NCBI GenBank assembly: GCA_964589775.1 | Contig: CAZPUN010000007.1 | Location: 1-32,000 of the forward strand | DNA length: 32,000 nt | Direction of reading: 5' to 3' | DNA from: an uncultured archaeon | GTDB taxonomy: Archaea > Asgardarchaeota > Thorarchaeia > Thorarchaeales > CAZPUN01 | In this document: positions 1 to 10,170 of the stretch, piece after piece | Layout: each line of letters opens with the position of its first letter | Position numbering within the stretch: the stretch's first letter is position 1 | Program-made: the position numbers and the translations under genes | Notes under the pieces: generated by a model | What the model was told of the DNA's origin: nothing | Databases searched by the model: none | The model's input: the letters and a program-made list of their open reading frames with translations, nothing else

Positions 1-491
1 CACCACACCTAATTATAGATTTGGACATATTTAAACAATTTGAAAAAAGAGAAAATTACGAGTGTGCACAAATTAAAATATACTAAACATAAAATTGCAT
101 TCAAAGATATAGTCTTATGATAAATTATAGAGATAAATATAATGTAAACTCTTACCATATAAATATAATCAGGATGATCTTTCTCGTTTTATCATTATGA
201 TAATAATAGCAATCTAAAATATGTTGAATATATAATATATTTGGCATTACAATTTTTATTACGAATTTTGGTCGTTGTTTCCAATATTTATGACATATCA
301 CACAATAAAAAGAATCTTTAAAAGTTCATCTTTTTTCGCTCAGTTTGAGAAAAAATATATACGATTTGTTTTGTTTATTTTTATAATTTTTATTTTTTAT
401 TACTATTTAAGAAAAATCTTTTAAGTAATTGATGATAAATAAATATACCTATTATTCTACAGTAGGAGAATAATGTGTAGGAGAGAGATTT

Positions 492-3400
492 ATGAAAAAT
501 AAACTAATCATAGCCCTATCTTTTTTATTATTTATTAGTGGAATGTTTTTTCCAATAAATAGGGAAATTTTAACGAATGCAGATAATAGAGACATCATAG
601 ACATGGACAATAAATCTGTGGATACCAAGAGAATTATTTCAGACTATTTTAAAGGTGAAACGCCATATCGAGGAAATATGATCGAAGGGTCTATGGATTA
701 TTATAACTCGTATAATATGCCAAATGGTTGGAGTATTACTAGTTCAACGTTTGTAAATGCAACGCCGAAATATGTTGATGATACATATAATGGAACATAT
801 TCCGGGTATCTTGCGACAAGAGGAACAGAAACAATGTCTTCATCAATATATTTACGACAAAATATAATTTCAGCAAATGTAAACATAAGTAATCCTACAT
901 ATTTGAAAGCATATTATAAGATTTTGAACAATACTGGTGCGAGCTTGGGCTCTAATGTTTACTTTAATTTACAGATACAGACTTCAACTGGATACTATGC
1001 TCTGAATTATGTAGTATCAGGAACACGTTCGAATTATACACAAACTGTATCATATATAATATCAAACTCATCAACCAACTGGATTTATCTTGAGCGTAAT
1101 ATTACTGCGGATTTTGAATATGCCTTTAATACGACAAATGCAATCATTAGATACATATACTTTAATGCATTTTCAGTTTCAAATGATACAAATCTTATTG
1201 AAGCTCTAGTAGATAGTTATCGCATCGAAAATGCAACAGGATACAATTTTGTTGAAAATTATGATTTTGGTTCACCATATATATGGTATGCTCCATCATC
1301 TTCTAATGCCGCAATATATGATAAGAGTTCCGAATCGGTCGAGGGAGACTATTCATTTGAGGGGATTTGCCCTGCAGCGCGAAATACTCGAGCATACATT
1401 AATCTTTACAAATATTATCAATATCAAAATTCATATCTTATACATAATTCAGGTGATATTATTATTGGGTTCAATTGGTGGTACAATGCTACTGAAAACG
1501 GAGGCCCAGACCAATACCTTATGTTTACACTTGAACTTAGAAATAATACATATTATACTTATGTTACATATTATTTAGGCATTGAAAGTAATTATGTGAA
1601 ATCATCTAATTATATTACGCCCTCATATTCATATATTTACGTAAATGATACAATTAATAATGAACGTGCAACATGGCATTATACAACTATTGACCCATAT
1701 CAAATATTGTTCGATAATAATATTACAGATATGTCGATCAGCAGATTTACATTCTACGTGCAATCTGGATTATATGAAAACTCAACATGTAAATTCCGAA
1801 TTGATAATTTTACTGTTATTTCAGATGCAATCCCAAATGGAGATTTCGAGAACCACCATAATGGTGATTTTAGCTGCTTTACCGAGCAAGGTATGGTCAA
1901 TTACACTACAGATTCTATATCTGGCTATGCTATTAATATGACATCTATAAATAATAATATCGCCTCGGCAACACATAATTATATTTATCTACCCGCATCA
2001 CAGGATGTGCATGCAGTTGTTGGAAGTAAAATAATTACAATGCCAAGTACGGATACCTCATATGCATTATTAGAGATCTCTCTAAATGAAACTTATACAA
2101 TTACATACGTACTAAAATCCGTGGATATGAGTTATTCAAATATGACATATGTGGAATATATCTTACTAAACAATAGTGAAAATGCATGGACATATATGCA
2201 ACGAAACATAGCAGAAGATGCAACATATTTTGGAAATTACACATACATAATTACGAATGTACAGTTATACATATATACTGAATCCACATCACCCTTTACA
2301 ATATTGTTTGATAATTTGTTCTTAATAAAAGATATACACGCTCCAACAATTTCGGATATAAGTACAAATCCGGCAAATCCTGTTTATTATACAAGTACTA
2401 CAATAAGAGCGAACATAACAGACTTTACGGATATTACGGAAGCTTTGATCTATTATACATCCACAAGCACATCTGGCTCAATTGCCATGACACGCGTGGG
2501 CGACCATTATGAAGGAACAATTCCTCCACTGCCATGCGGAACTGTTGAGTTTTATTTCAATGTTACCGATAAATCCGGAAATAGACGAATAGATAATAAT
2601 GGAGGTACAAATTATTCATTTGAAGTAGGAGACGACGTATTGCCGGATGTTTCTATAAGTAATCCAATTCCAAATTCTAATTTGAAAGATAATATCACAG
2701 TCAGTGTAGATGCCTCAGACGTTGGATCTGGTATCGCATATGTCCGAATTTACTTAAACACTACGTTCGTTGCTGAAGATTCTTCTGAACCATTTACGTT
2801 TAACATAAATACGAGACAATATCCTAATGGAAATTATAGCCTACGAGCCATCGCTTATGATGGTGTTGGAAATCATAATGAAACTTCAATCGATGTTACT
2901 TTAGGTAATGACTTTGATGGACCGAACTTTTCAAACTTACAGATATTCCCCACAACACCAGAATATTCCAGCAATACCATCATTCAAATAAATATAGAAG
3001 ATACTAGTGGAGTTTCTTCTGTCATAATATCATATAACACGGGAAGTAGTTGGACAAATGTAACGATGACACGAATCGGTACTATGTATTCGGTAGAAAT
3101 TCCAGCTCAACCATATGGAACCGTTGTCAATTTCTACATAATTGCTCAAGACATCTATGAAAATATAGGCTTATATGGTTCGAAAATGGCTCCTGAGAGC
3201 TTTACTGTTGGAGATGTGAAAGCTCCTGTTGGTTCAGTTTCCGCACCTGCTAATGAAAGCACAATTAATGGTGTATTGAATATTCAAGTATACGCAACAG
3301 ATCCAGATTCTCCACAATCTAGTGGAATTGATAAAGTTAACTTCTATATCGATGGAACTCTAACGCAAACAGACAGCGAGGCCCCATTCCTTTTTGTCTG

Positions 3401-3638
3401 GGACACAACAAAGCTAGTTAATGGAGAACATACATTACGCATCGTAGTTCTAGACAAAGCAGGAAATGCTATCTCTATTTCGCTACAATACACTGTTAAT
3501 AATCCCGTAGGTATCGAAGCCGTTGGAGCAGCAGGACAAAATTTCATGTCTCAATTCGGTTTCTTCTTAGGTGCAGGTTCAGTAATCGCAGTTATAGTAG
3601 TATATAAGTTCATTATGAAGCGAAAAGGCGAATCGTAA
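492..3638 (+). CDS. Membrane-anchored cell-surface glycoprotein with three jelly-roll/CBM-like domains and four Ig-like domains
   Basis: N-terminal signal peptide (MKNKLIIALSFLLFISGMFF). Three repeated beta domains end in LVDSYRI / RIDNFTV / LFDNLFL. Ig-like units include Big_7-type DDVLPDVSISNP...AYDGVGN and DVKAPVGSVSAP...VLDKAGN. Many N-x-S/T sequons. C-terminal TM helix plus KRK. GGAG SD upstream. Confidence 0.85.
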   Translation: MKNKLIIALSFLLFISGMFFPINREILTNADNRDIIDMDNKSVDTKRIISDYFKGETPYRGNMIEGSMDYYNSYNMPNGWSITSSTFVNATPKYVDDTYNGTYSGYLATRGTETMSSSIYLRQNIISANVNISNPTYLKAYYKILNNTGASLGSNVYFNLQIQTSTGYYALNYVVSGTRSNYTQTVSYIISNSSTNWIYLERNITADFEYAFNTTNAIIRYIYFNAFSVSNDTNLIEALVDSYRIENATGYNFVENYDFGSPYIWYAPSSSNAAIYDKSSESVEGDYSFEGICPAARNTRAYINLYKYYQYQNSYLIHNSGDIIIGFNWWYNATENGGPDQYLMFTLELRNNTYYTYVTYYLGIESNYVKSSNYITPSYSYIYVNDTINNERATWHYTTIDPYQILFDNNITDMSISRFTFYVQSGLYENSTCKFRIDNFTVISDAIPNGDFENHHNGDFSCFTEQGMVNYTTDSISGYAINMTSINNNIASATHNYIYLPASQDVHAVVGSKIITMPSTDTSYALLEISLNETYTITYVLKSVDMSYSNMTYVEYILLNNSENAWTYMQRNIAEDATYFGNYTYIITNVQLYIYTESTSPFTILFDNLFLIKDIHAPTISDISTNPANPVYYTSTTIRANITDFTDITEALIYYTSTSTSGSIAMTRVGDHYEGTIPPLPCGTVEFYFNVTDKSGNRRIDNNGGTNYSFEVGDDVLPDVSISNPIPNSNLKDNITVSVDASDVGSGIAYVRIYLNTTFVAEDSSEPFTFNINTRQYPNGNYSLRAIAYDGVGNHNETSIDVTLGNDFDGPNFSNLQIFPTTPEYSSNTIIQINIEDTSGVSSVIISYNTGSSWTNVTMTRIGTMYSVEIPAQPYGTVVNFYIIAQDIYENIGLYGSKMAPESFTVGDVKAPVGSVSAPANESTINGVLNIQVYATDPDSPQSSGIDKVNFYIDGTLTQTDSEAPFLFVWDTTKLVNGEHTLRIVVLDKAGNAISISLQYTVNNPVGIEAVGAAGQNFMSQFGFFLGAGSVIAVIVVYKFIMKRKGES

Positions 3639-3667
3639 TAACTTCGCCGTTTTATTTTTTTATTTTT
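3627..3667 (+). terminator. Hairpin plus U-tract terminator
   Basis: GGCGAA(3627-32)/TTCGCC(3643-48) stem with the TAA stop in the loop, followed by a long T tract. Confidence 0.65.
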
Positions 3668-3851
3668 AATAGTTCAATAGAAGAAAATTATAAATGATTT
3701 TTATTTACCTATTTACCAATACAATGAACTAAAAAATTAAAATAAAACTATTTTCAATTTTTAACTAATTTACAAATAAGCTGCAAGAAAACATATATTC
3801 TTAAGGCAATTATGGTCGCCTAAAAGTTAATAAACGTGTAATTGTATAATA

Positions 3852-3936
3852 TAAATTGAGGATTTAGAACAAATCCCAACTTAAATACATCGCATCCAAA
3901 AAGCATCCTTAAATTGAGGACATAACCAAAGATCCC
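3852..3936 (+). repeat. Degenerate ~28-30 bp tandem repeat upstream of the TA operon
   Basis: TAAATTGAGGA...ATCCC at 3852-3877 and 3910-3936; the intervening unit is TTAAAT...AAAGCATCC. Confidence 0.5.
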
Positions 3937-4068
3937 TTGTCGGACACGGCAAGTATGCACATAAAAAGGCTATCACAGAACAATCATTTATGTAGATCCG
4001 TGTATTTCAAATGTGAGAAGTATGCTACAAATACATTAAATGGGATATTAAAAACAAATAAGTGAATT

Positions 4069-4260
4069 ATGATGTTAAAAGCAACGCTTGTGAGATTATT
4101 TAAAAAATCAAAATATAATACAGATCTTGATGAACTATTTTCAAAAGGATTGATAAAAGAAGATACGCCTCATTTTGATGAAATCGAAGAAATTAAACAA
4201 TACGAAGAAGAAAAGAAAAAGGGTGTAATGAAATATACTCCTCTTGATGAAATTAATTAA
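4069..4260 (+). CDS. Putative type II antitoxin (RelB-like, archaeal type)
   Basis: 63 aa with an acidic C-terminus (PHFDEIEEIKQYEEE...PLDEI), directly upstream of a RelE-family toxin. Confidence 0.65.
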   Translation: MMLKATLVRLFKKSKYNTDLDELFSKGLIKEDTPHFDEIEEIKQYEEEKKKGVMKYTPLDEIN

Positions 4261-4277
4261 TTCGATAGGTCCTATCA

Positions 4278-4547
4278 ATGACATATCATATTTTTCTTAC
4301 ACGAAAGGCAAAAAAGCAATTGGAGAAACTTGAAAAGGCAATACAAAAGCAAATAAAAGAGAAACTTCATGAAATCGAAAATAATAACAAACCACTTTAT
4401 GAATATGATATTGTTAAATTACAAAATGAGAAAAACAAATATAGATTACGAATTGGAGATTATAGAATTTTATTTGAATATATAAAACAAGAAAAAGAAA
4501 TTATCATTTTCGCAATTTTACCGCGAAAGAATTCATATAAAATCTAG
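4278..4547 (+). CDS. relE: Type II toxin, RelE/ParE family mRNA interferase
   Basis: MTYHIFLTRKAKKQLEKL...YRLRIGDYRILF...ILPRKNSYK is a typical RelE pattern. Confidence 0.9.
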   Translation: MTYHIFLTRKAKKQLEKLEKAIQKQIKEKLHEIENNNKPLYEYDIVKLQNEKNKYRLRIGDYRILFEYIKQEKEIIIFAILPRKNSYKI

Positions 4548-4583
4548 TTCCGGTTTTGAAAATACATCTCATTTTTTGATATA

Positions 4584-5420
4584 TTATTGAGCCTCATAGA
4601 TTGCAACCAACATGCCAAAGTAGGAAGGACACTGATACTCAAGCAGGGTGTTAGTAAGTTTTGTTTTCTGAAGTATTCCAAGTAATATTAGCATCTGCCA
4701 CAGACTATCTGGTTTTGCATGTTCTATGAAATCATCTGTAAATTTCAACATGTTTTCAAGTTTATTTTCTCGAATCATTTCCTGAATCATAGTATCGTAT
4801 TTTTCAGATGCTTCATCAAAGCCGTATGGACCTTCTGGATCATGAGAGTGCCCTTGATCTGCACTCGCAATATAAACAAGCCTCTTATTATGCTTCTTGG
4901 AAAGTTCGACTATGATTTTTCCAAGTTCAACAAGGTTCCTAAGTGGAATTTCACGAGATGGTGTAATAACTACGACAGGTGGGAGTTCCTGATTGTTGCG
5001 TTCGTATTCATTTTTTACAAACCAAAGCGGAATAATAGTACCCCAATCAAGACACATTCGAGATGCCGGACCCTCAGAGGCTCCATAATCCACAAGAACA
5101 ACCGGAAGCTTTCGCTTAAACGATTCAATATAGAGAATTTCAGAGAATTTTCGGTCCGTTTTAATTTCCAATTCAATTTTGCCGGTTTCAGATTCAACTT
5201 CCCCGGATAAGTATTCAGTATGTATGATTCCAATATGACGATCTATTCGGAGGTTATGTGGCGTCGCAATCACAATTAATTCCGGTTGAGAAGAAAACAA
5301 TTTTGATGCAAAGATCTCCATTGCGTCTTTTAGTTTTTTACTTTTTTCATCCATTTCCGGATTAAGTTCTGGAATGATTTCATCACCATGAGGCGTAATT
5401 GCAGCAAATACTACAGCCAT
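4584..5420 (-). CDS. LigB-like (class III extradiol dioxygenase subunit B-like) protein
   Basis: Motifs ITPHG, ATPHN, LDWGTIIPLWF, ASADQGHSH and YFGMLVA. Start moved to ATG 5420 because GGAGGT lies just upstream. Confidence 0.8.
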   Translation of the reverse strand: MAVVFAAITPHGDEIIPELNPEMDEKSKKLKDAMEIFASKLFSSQPELIVIATPHNLRIDRHIGIIHTEYLSGEVESETGKIELEIKTDRKFSEILYIESFKRKLPVVLVDYGASEGPASRMCLDWGTIIPLWFVKNEYERNNQELPPVVVITPSREIPLRNLVELGKIIVELSKKHNKRLVYIASADQGHSHDPEGPYGFDEASEKYDTMIQEMIRENKLENMLKFTDDFIEHAKPDSLWQMLILLGILQKTKLTNTLLEYQCPSYFGMLVAIYEAQ

Positions 5421-5478
5421 AGTATATACCTCCACAAAGTATTGAAAAAAGTAAGGCAATTCTGCCTTTTACATATTT

Positions 5479-6336
5479 TTATAGCTCTAGCTCCATTTCA
5501 ACTTTAACGTACTTTTTCTTTATTTTTCCAAACTCCTTTAGAATTCCATAGAGATAGGACTTGCCATCTATCTCAAAGAATAAAATTTTCGTATCTGGCG
5601 TTGCATTGACGTATTTGGCAGCAGCTCGTATTAATGTTGATGCAACAGAGGGGGTTCGCCAGCCATAACTCATGCCTAGATATGCGATAAATAATTCATC
5701 TTGAGGATAAAATCCAATGAATCCGACAGTTTCATTTTCATTCTTTCCGATTAATGCTCGATATGCATTTAAATATCGCTTATAATTACCTAGGGACCAT
5801 GGAATTTCCTGATCTTTCATACATAGTTCGAAATCATTAACTGTTATGGCCTTATCCGTGATATTGAGCTTTTGAGATGCATATTCTAATTCGGACAATT
5901 TCAAATATAGTGAATACCTAAGACGTACATCTCGATAGCCTAATTTCTTATAGAGATTATACGCGGGAGTATTATCTTTCAACACATAAAGTTTTGTAAT
6001 TTTTACACCGGCTTCTTTTTGCAGTTCTAACGCTCGTTTTGATAGATTATATGCAAACTTCTTACCTCTGTAACTCGGTATTATCGTAAGTGCAGCACAA
6101 TATCCATATCGAATACCATTGATATCTCGAATTCCCGTAAGCCAGCAGCCTATCGGCTTTTCGTCTGCAAAAGCCATAAGTGATAGATCAAGCTTCACAT
6201 CATTCGTTCGCACAATTTGCTCAAAACTTTCATTTGTAAATTCAATAGAAATCGCATGATTTTTGAATCCTTCTTTTAAGACTTTCAAAATATCATCAAT
6301 AGAAACTTTATCACAAGTTAAATATTTTATTGCCAA
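5479..6336 (-). CDS. GNAT family N-acetyltransferase (probably tandem GNAT domains)
   Basis: Acetyl-CoA motif IIPSYRGKKFA and NTPAYNLYKKLGY; a second degenerate motif GWRTPSVASTLI. Confidence 0.85.
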   Translation of the reverse strand: MAIKYLTCDKVSIDDILKVLKEGFKNHAISIEFTNESFEQIVRTNDVKLDLSLMAFADEKPIGCWLTGIRDINGIRYGYCAALTIIPSYRGKKFAYNLSKRALELQKEAGVKITKLYVLKDNTPAYNLYKKLGYRDVRLRYSLYLKLSELEYASQKLNITDKAITVNDFELCMKDQEIPWSLGNYKRYLNAYRALIGKNENETVGFIGFYPQDELFIAYLGMSYGWRTPSVASTLIRAAAKYVNATPDTKILFFEIDGKSYLYGILKEFGKIKKKYVKVEMELEL

Positions 6337-6643
6337 TTCGATGCCCCGACCTATTTTTAGTTATCAATTTAGAATTTTATACATTAAAATGTTTTTACGA
6401 AATATTCAAGTGCTTTTAAATAGTCACTAAAAATAGACTCTCAATTTATGAAACAAGATTTTCAAATGTGTTTTGTAATCATATTTTATCACAAAAGAGA
6501 AAAATGAAAATTCAAATTGTTAAAAACATATATAAATGAATTATATAGACGCCAGCCAAATACAAAATCCCTTAAAAACAACAGCAAAAATTGGAAACAA
6601 AACCTTTATTACCTTAATGGAAGGCATTGATTATTGATGTACA

Positions 6644-7351
6644 ATGGTAAAATTCGGTGGCCTTCAGAAAACTAGTCTTGTTGATTACCCAGATGAAATC
6701 TGCACGATTTTATTCACTATTGGTTGTAATTTTAGATGCCCATATTGTCACAATAAAGAACTTGTAAACCCGGAACTTTTTCCCAATGAAATCCCAGAGG
6801 ACTATATACTCGGATTTTTGAAAGAACGAAAGAAATACATAGATGCACTCACAATAACCGGAGGAGAGCCTACAATACATAAGGATCTTCCAGAGTTCAT
6901 CAAGAAAGTAAAAGACTTGGGTTTTAAAGTTAAAATAGATACAAATGGAACAAATCCTGAAATGATAAAATTCTTGATAGAAAATAAGCTTGTTGATTTT
7001 ATCGCAATGGACTATAAAGCTCCAATTAAGAAATATCCCGAAGTTGTCCGAGCGAAGATAGACATTAAGAAAATCGAAAAGACTAAAGAAATAATTATGA
7101 AGAGCAATGTGAACTATGAATTCCGCATAACAGTAGTTCCAACATTATTAACAAAAGAGGATATAATTCAAATTGGCGAAGAGCTGAAAGGAGCCAAACA
7201 AGTTTGGATACAACAATTTGAAAACAAACATGGAAATGTATTAGATGATAACTTTCTAACGATCAAACCATACAGAATGTCCGAAATAAAGGAAATGGTC
7301 GAATCCATCAAAAACAAAGTACAAGCAGTAGATGCCAGAGGCATCGTCTAA
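6644..7351 (+). CDS. nrdG: Anaerobic ribonucleoside-triphosphate reductase activating protein (radical SAM)
   Basis: GGLQKTSLVDYP, GCNFRCPYCHN (CxxxCxxC), TGGEPT, KIDTNG, YEFRITVVP. Confidence 0.9.
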   Translation: MVKFGGLQKTSLVDYPDEICTILFTIGCNFRCPYCHNKELVNPELFPNEIPEDYILGFLKERKKYIDALTITGGEPTIHKDLPEFIKKVKDLGFKVKIDTNGTNPEMIKFLIENKLVDFIAMDYKAPIKKYPEVVRAKIDIKKIEKTKEIIMKSNVNYEFRITVVPTLLTKEDIIQIGEELKGAKQVWIQQFENKHGNVLDDNFLTIKPYRMSEIKEMVESIKNKVQAVDARGIV

Positions 7352-7414
7352 TTCTATTTTTATATTCAAAATTCTTATATCATATTTTTCATAATAAATA
7401 TTGGTGCTCATAGT

Positions 7415-8119
7415 ATGAAAAAAGGAAAAATTTTTGCAGTTTTATTGATTATTGGAGGATTATTTTTTGTAACATATACATTTTATCCTCTACCTGAAGA
7501 TATTAATAATCCGCCACAATTTTGCACGGCTGATTTCATTGAACTAGACAAAATTAATAAAATTTCCAAGTTCCGCTCCTTTGTCGGACATGATTATTCA
7601 GATTCTTTTGAACATGATAGATCTATGAAACATTATTTTGACCCAATTTCAGCTTATGGTAATTCTAATGATAACATTACAATATATTCACCTGTAGATG
7701 GTACTGTTGATTATTTGAATGATGAACAACACCGATTAACAAATGGAGAAATTCGCGGAAAACAAATTGGAATAAAAGTCAAGAATTATGAGGAATATAC
7801 CATAATAATTTTCCATCTCAATCCTTTTGATAATATATCTGTTGGAACCATACTTCATGCAGGAGATGCTATTGGATATGCAGATGTCCGAGAGAATTCA
7901 AACACAGATATCGCAATTATGAGACATATAATGTTCTTAAAAACGAAATTGTATTCGTATTTTCAAGTAATCACAGAGGATGTTTTCAGTAAATACCAAG
8001 CACGAGGCATAAGCTCCAGAAACGATTTGATAAAATCAAGAGAGCTAGTGGATACACTCATACCAAATTGGGACGAATACAATGAAGATGATTGGGTCAT
8101 ATTGAATTCGCCATTATAG
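7415..8119 (+). CDS. Secreted or membrane-anchored protein with an M23 peptidase-like (barrel-sandwich hybrid) fold
   Basis: N-terminal TM/signal. GHDYSD, IYSPVDGTV, IFHL and VGTILHAGDAIGY match the LytM/M23 scaffold. The terminal HxH motif is absent. Confidence 0.55.
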   Translation: MKKGKIFAVLLIIGGLFFVTYTFYPLPEDINNPPQFCTADFIELDKINKISKFRSFVGHDYSDSFEHDRSMKHYFDPISAYGNSNDNITIYSPVDGTVDYLNDEQHRLTNGEIRGKQIGIKVKNYEEYTIIIFHLNPFDNISVGTILHAGDAIGYADVRENSNTDIAIMRHIMFLKTKLYSYFQVITEDVFSKYQARGISSRNDLIKSRELVDTLIPNWDEYNEDDWVILNSPL

Positions 8120-8174
8120 AAACAGTAGAAATATAAAAAATAGAGATGATACTAAATAAAGAGAATCTCAAGGC

Positions 8175-8214
8175 AAAAAAGGAGTTACCAGAAGTTAGAA
8201 TTCCTCTGGTAACT
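8175..8214 (-). terminator. Hairpin plus U-tract terminator of pckA
   Basis: Perfect 10-bp stem AGTTACCAGA(8183-92)/TCTGGTAACT(8205-14) with the stop codon in the loop; U6 follows on the minus strand. Confidence 0.7.
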
Positions 8215-9910
8215 TTAATGCTTCTAATGCATCAATAAACTTCTGTTCAAGTCCAATTTTCTTCAGGAAATCAATTCGGGTCTGAATACGTCCATTGAAT
8301 AATTCACGATATGCCATTTTTTCCTCAACATTGCGAGGATCATATTTTTTCGCATATTCCTCGTCAAACTTTGGAATTTTAAGGCCTGGACGATATTCTT
8401 CCCACTCGATTTCTCCGCGGGCTACTTTGGGATAGAAGGATAATGTCAGTGATGGCGGAATATCAATACGATCTACAGTATTTACGAAGAAATCTCCTGT
8501 GTTAAATACAAGACATTTTGCACCCGTAACCTCAATCATTTTTGAAATGGTCTTAGCTTCAAGAGTCAGAGGATATATGATGAACGGATTTGCACCAGGC
8601 ACAATCTTTAGTTTCTTCATCTCTTCAAGTGGGATATTTTCAGCTCCGGAAGGCTTTGTGCTCAGACTCATGAATAGAGCTGCAGCAAGAATTGGATCTT
8701 CCACGAGAGACATTGGAGGCAGAGTCTCATCACGCATTATTAATGTGATATAATTGGGCCATGGCACATTGACATCATCAGAGGCACCTTTCAACGCTTG
8801 TCGATATGTTACGCAACGACCATTTGGAGAGTAGGTATCCTCATGTAATATTAAACGGTTCCCATTTTCATCTTGATATACAAGTACGTTTTCAGCTGTA
8901 ACCATTGTATTAATCATGTAATTATCTGGTGTATAGCTATCTGTCTTATTGAAACAGCCTTCCTCAAACCCTAATGTCACGGGATAATCGAAAAGAACGG
9001 CAAGAGCGTCATCATTCGCAATTCTAACACATTCACCTTTTTCAGGATCAATATAGCCTTCATGACTAGAGAGCCCTATGGTAGATTTTCCGGTACCCGA
9101 CAGCCCAATAGTAATAAACACGACACGCTCTAACTTGTTTCCTTTCATTACCTTCATATATTTAGATGACCCGTGGATGGCTGCTCCATGCCCATTCATA
9201 ACGATTGTTTTCCATGTCAGAGTCAAAGCTGCTTTCTTTAGTTCGCCAAAGTATCTTGCACCGAGTAGATATGCCGTATTATATTCTCTATCAAACAGCA
9301 TGGTCAAACGTGGAAGCTCTGGTAGAATTGGCTTGTTATCTTGACCTCTAACCATAGTTGGGTCCCATTCAGGAAAGATTACAATCTTGATTTCAGGAGC
9401 TTTGATCTTTCGTTTCTCATATAGCCTCGTTGTTTGCTCATTCACGGGTATAAAGTTCGCTTGAAAATCTAAAGCAAGCTTTGCCCATTCAACTGGAAGA
9501 ATCAATGATGCCTTAATCATGAAATATTCGCTTTTCCCAATATATACCTCAGTATAAAGTAATTTACGAGCAAGAAGCTTCGCATTGACTTCGCGGACTA
9601 TTCGTTCGAACTTATCTTGCGTATCTGGATCAAAATCCTGGAGCACTCGGCGTGCCCACGCGGAACGACCCACATCCTGTCCGGAATAGGATACGATGAC
9701 CTTATTCTGGTCGGCGCCTAACCCTAACTTTTCAACAGCCACTTTTGGAATCCGGACGTCCGTAATAATTGTATTGATCCCCTTTTCAGCAAGACTATAG
9801 ATTTCCGAAATTGACGGATTATATATTATTTTCTTCGCACTTTTCAATATTTCTGCACTGGCTCTTATTCTGCTGAATTCAGATTTATCGACCAAGGAGA
9901 AACCTCCCAT
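8195..9910 (-). CDS. pckA: Phosphoenolpyruvate carboxykinase (ATP)
   Basis: YFGELKK, IHGSSK, P-loop GLSGTGKST, kinase-2 IANDD, FEEGCFNKT, NGRC, ANPF, FNTG. Confidence 0.85.
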   Translation of the reverse strand: MGGFSLVDKSEFSRIRASAEILKSAKKIIYNPSISEIYSLAEKGINTIITDVRIPKVAVEKLGLGADQNKVIVSYSGQDVGRSAWARRVLQDFDPDTQDKFERIVREVNAKLLARKLLYTEVYIGKSEYFMIKASLILPVEWAKLALDFQANFIPVNEQTTRLYEKRKIKAPEIKIVIFPEWDPTMVRGQDNKPILPELPRLTMLFDREYNTAYLLGARYFGELKKAALTLTWKTIVMNGHGAAIHGSSKYMKVMKGNKLERVVFITIGLSGTGKSTIGLSSHEGYIDPEKGECVRIANDDALAVLFDYPVTLGFEEGCFNKTDSYTPDNYMINTMVTAENVLVYQDENGNRLILHEDTYSPNGRCVTYRQALKGASDDVNVPWPNYITLIMRDETLPPMSLVEDPILAAALFMSLSTKPSGAENIPLEEMKKLKIVPGANPFIIYPLTLEAKTISKMIEVTGAKCLVFNTGDFFVNTVDRIDIPPSLTLSFYPKVARGEIEWEEYRPGLKIPKFDEEYAKKYDPRNVEEKMAYRELFNGRIQTRIDFLKKIGLEQKFIDALEALKLPEEF

Positions 9911-10170
9911 TCGTTGCCTATCTGAATGAAAATAAAACTACTATATAACACTTACTTTTTTTAAGATATGTCAAAAAAACAAAAATTTTCAATTATAATC
10001 ACAAAAAAGGTTCATATCATCGTTAGGATAAATTCTATAATTACATTCTTTTGAAATCGTAAACCATAAGTTATGTTTCAAACAATATAATTAAAATGTC
10101 TAATTAGAATTAGACGCAAGCAATGCATAATGTAGTTTGATTCAAACTAAAAAATTGTAAAAAGAGACCA

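Noticed and set aside
3852-3936. Repeat-32 nt-repeat geometry as a mini CRISPR array
   Set aside because: Only two divergent copies, the 'spacer' itself resembles the repeat, and the termini are not CRISPR-like.
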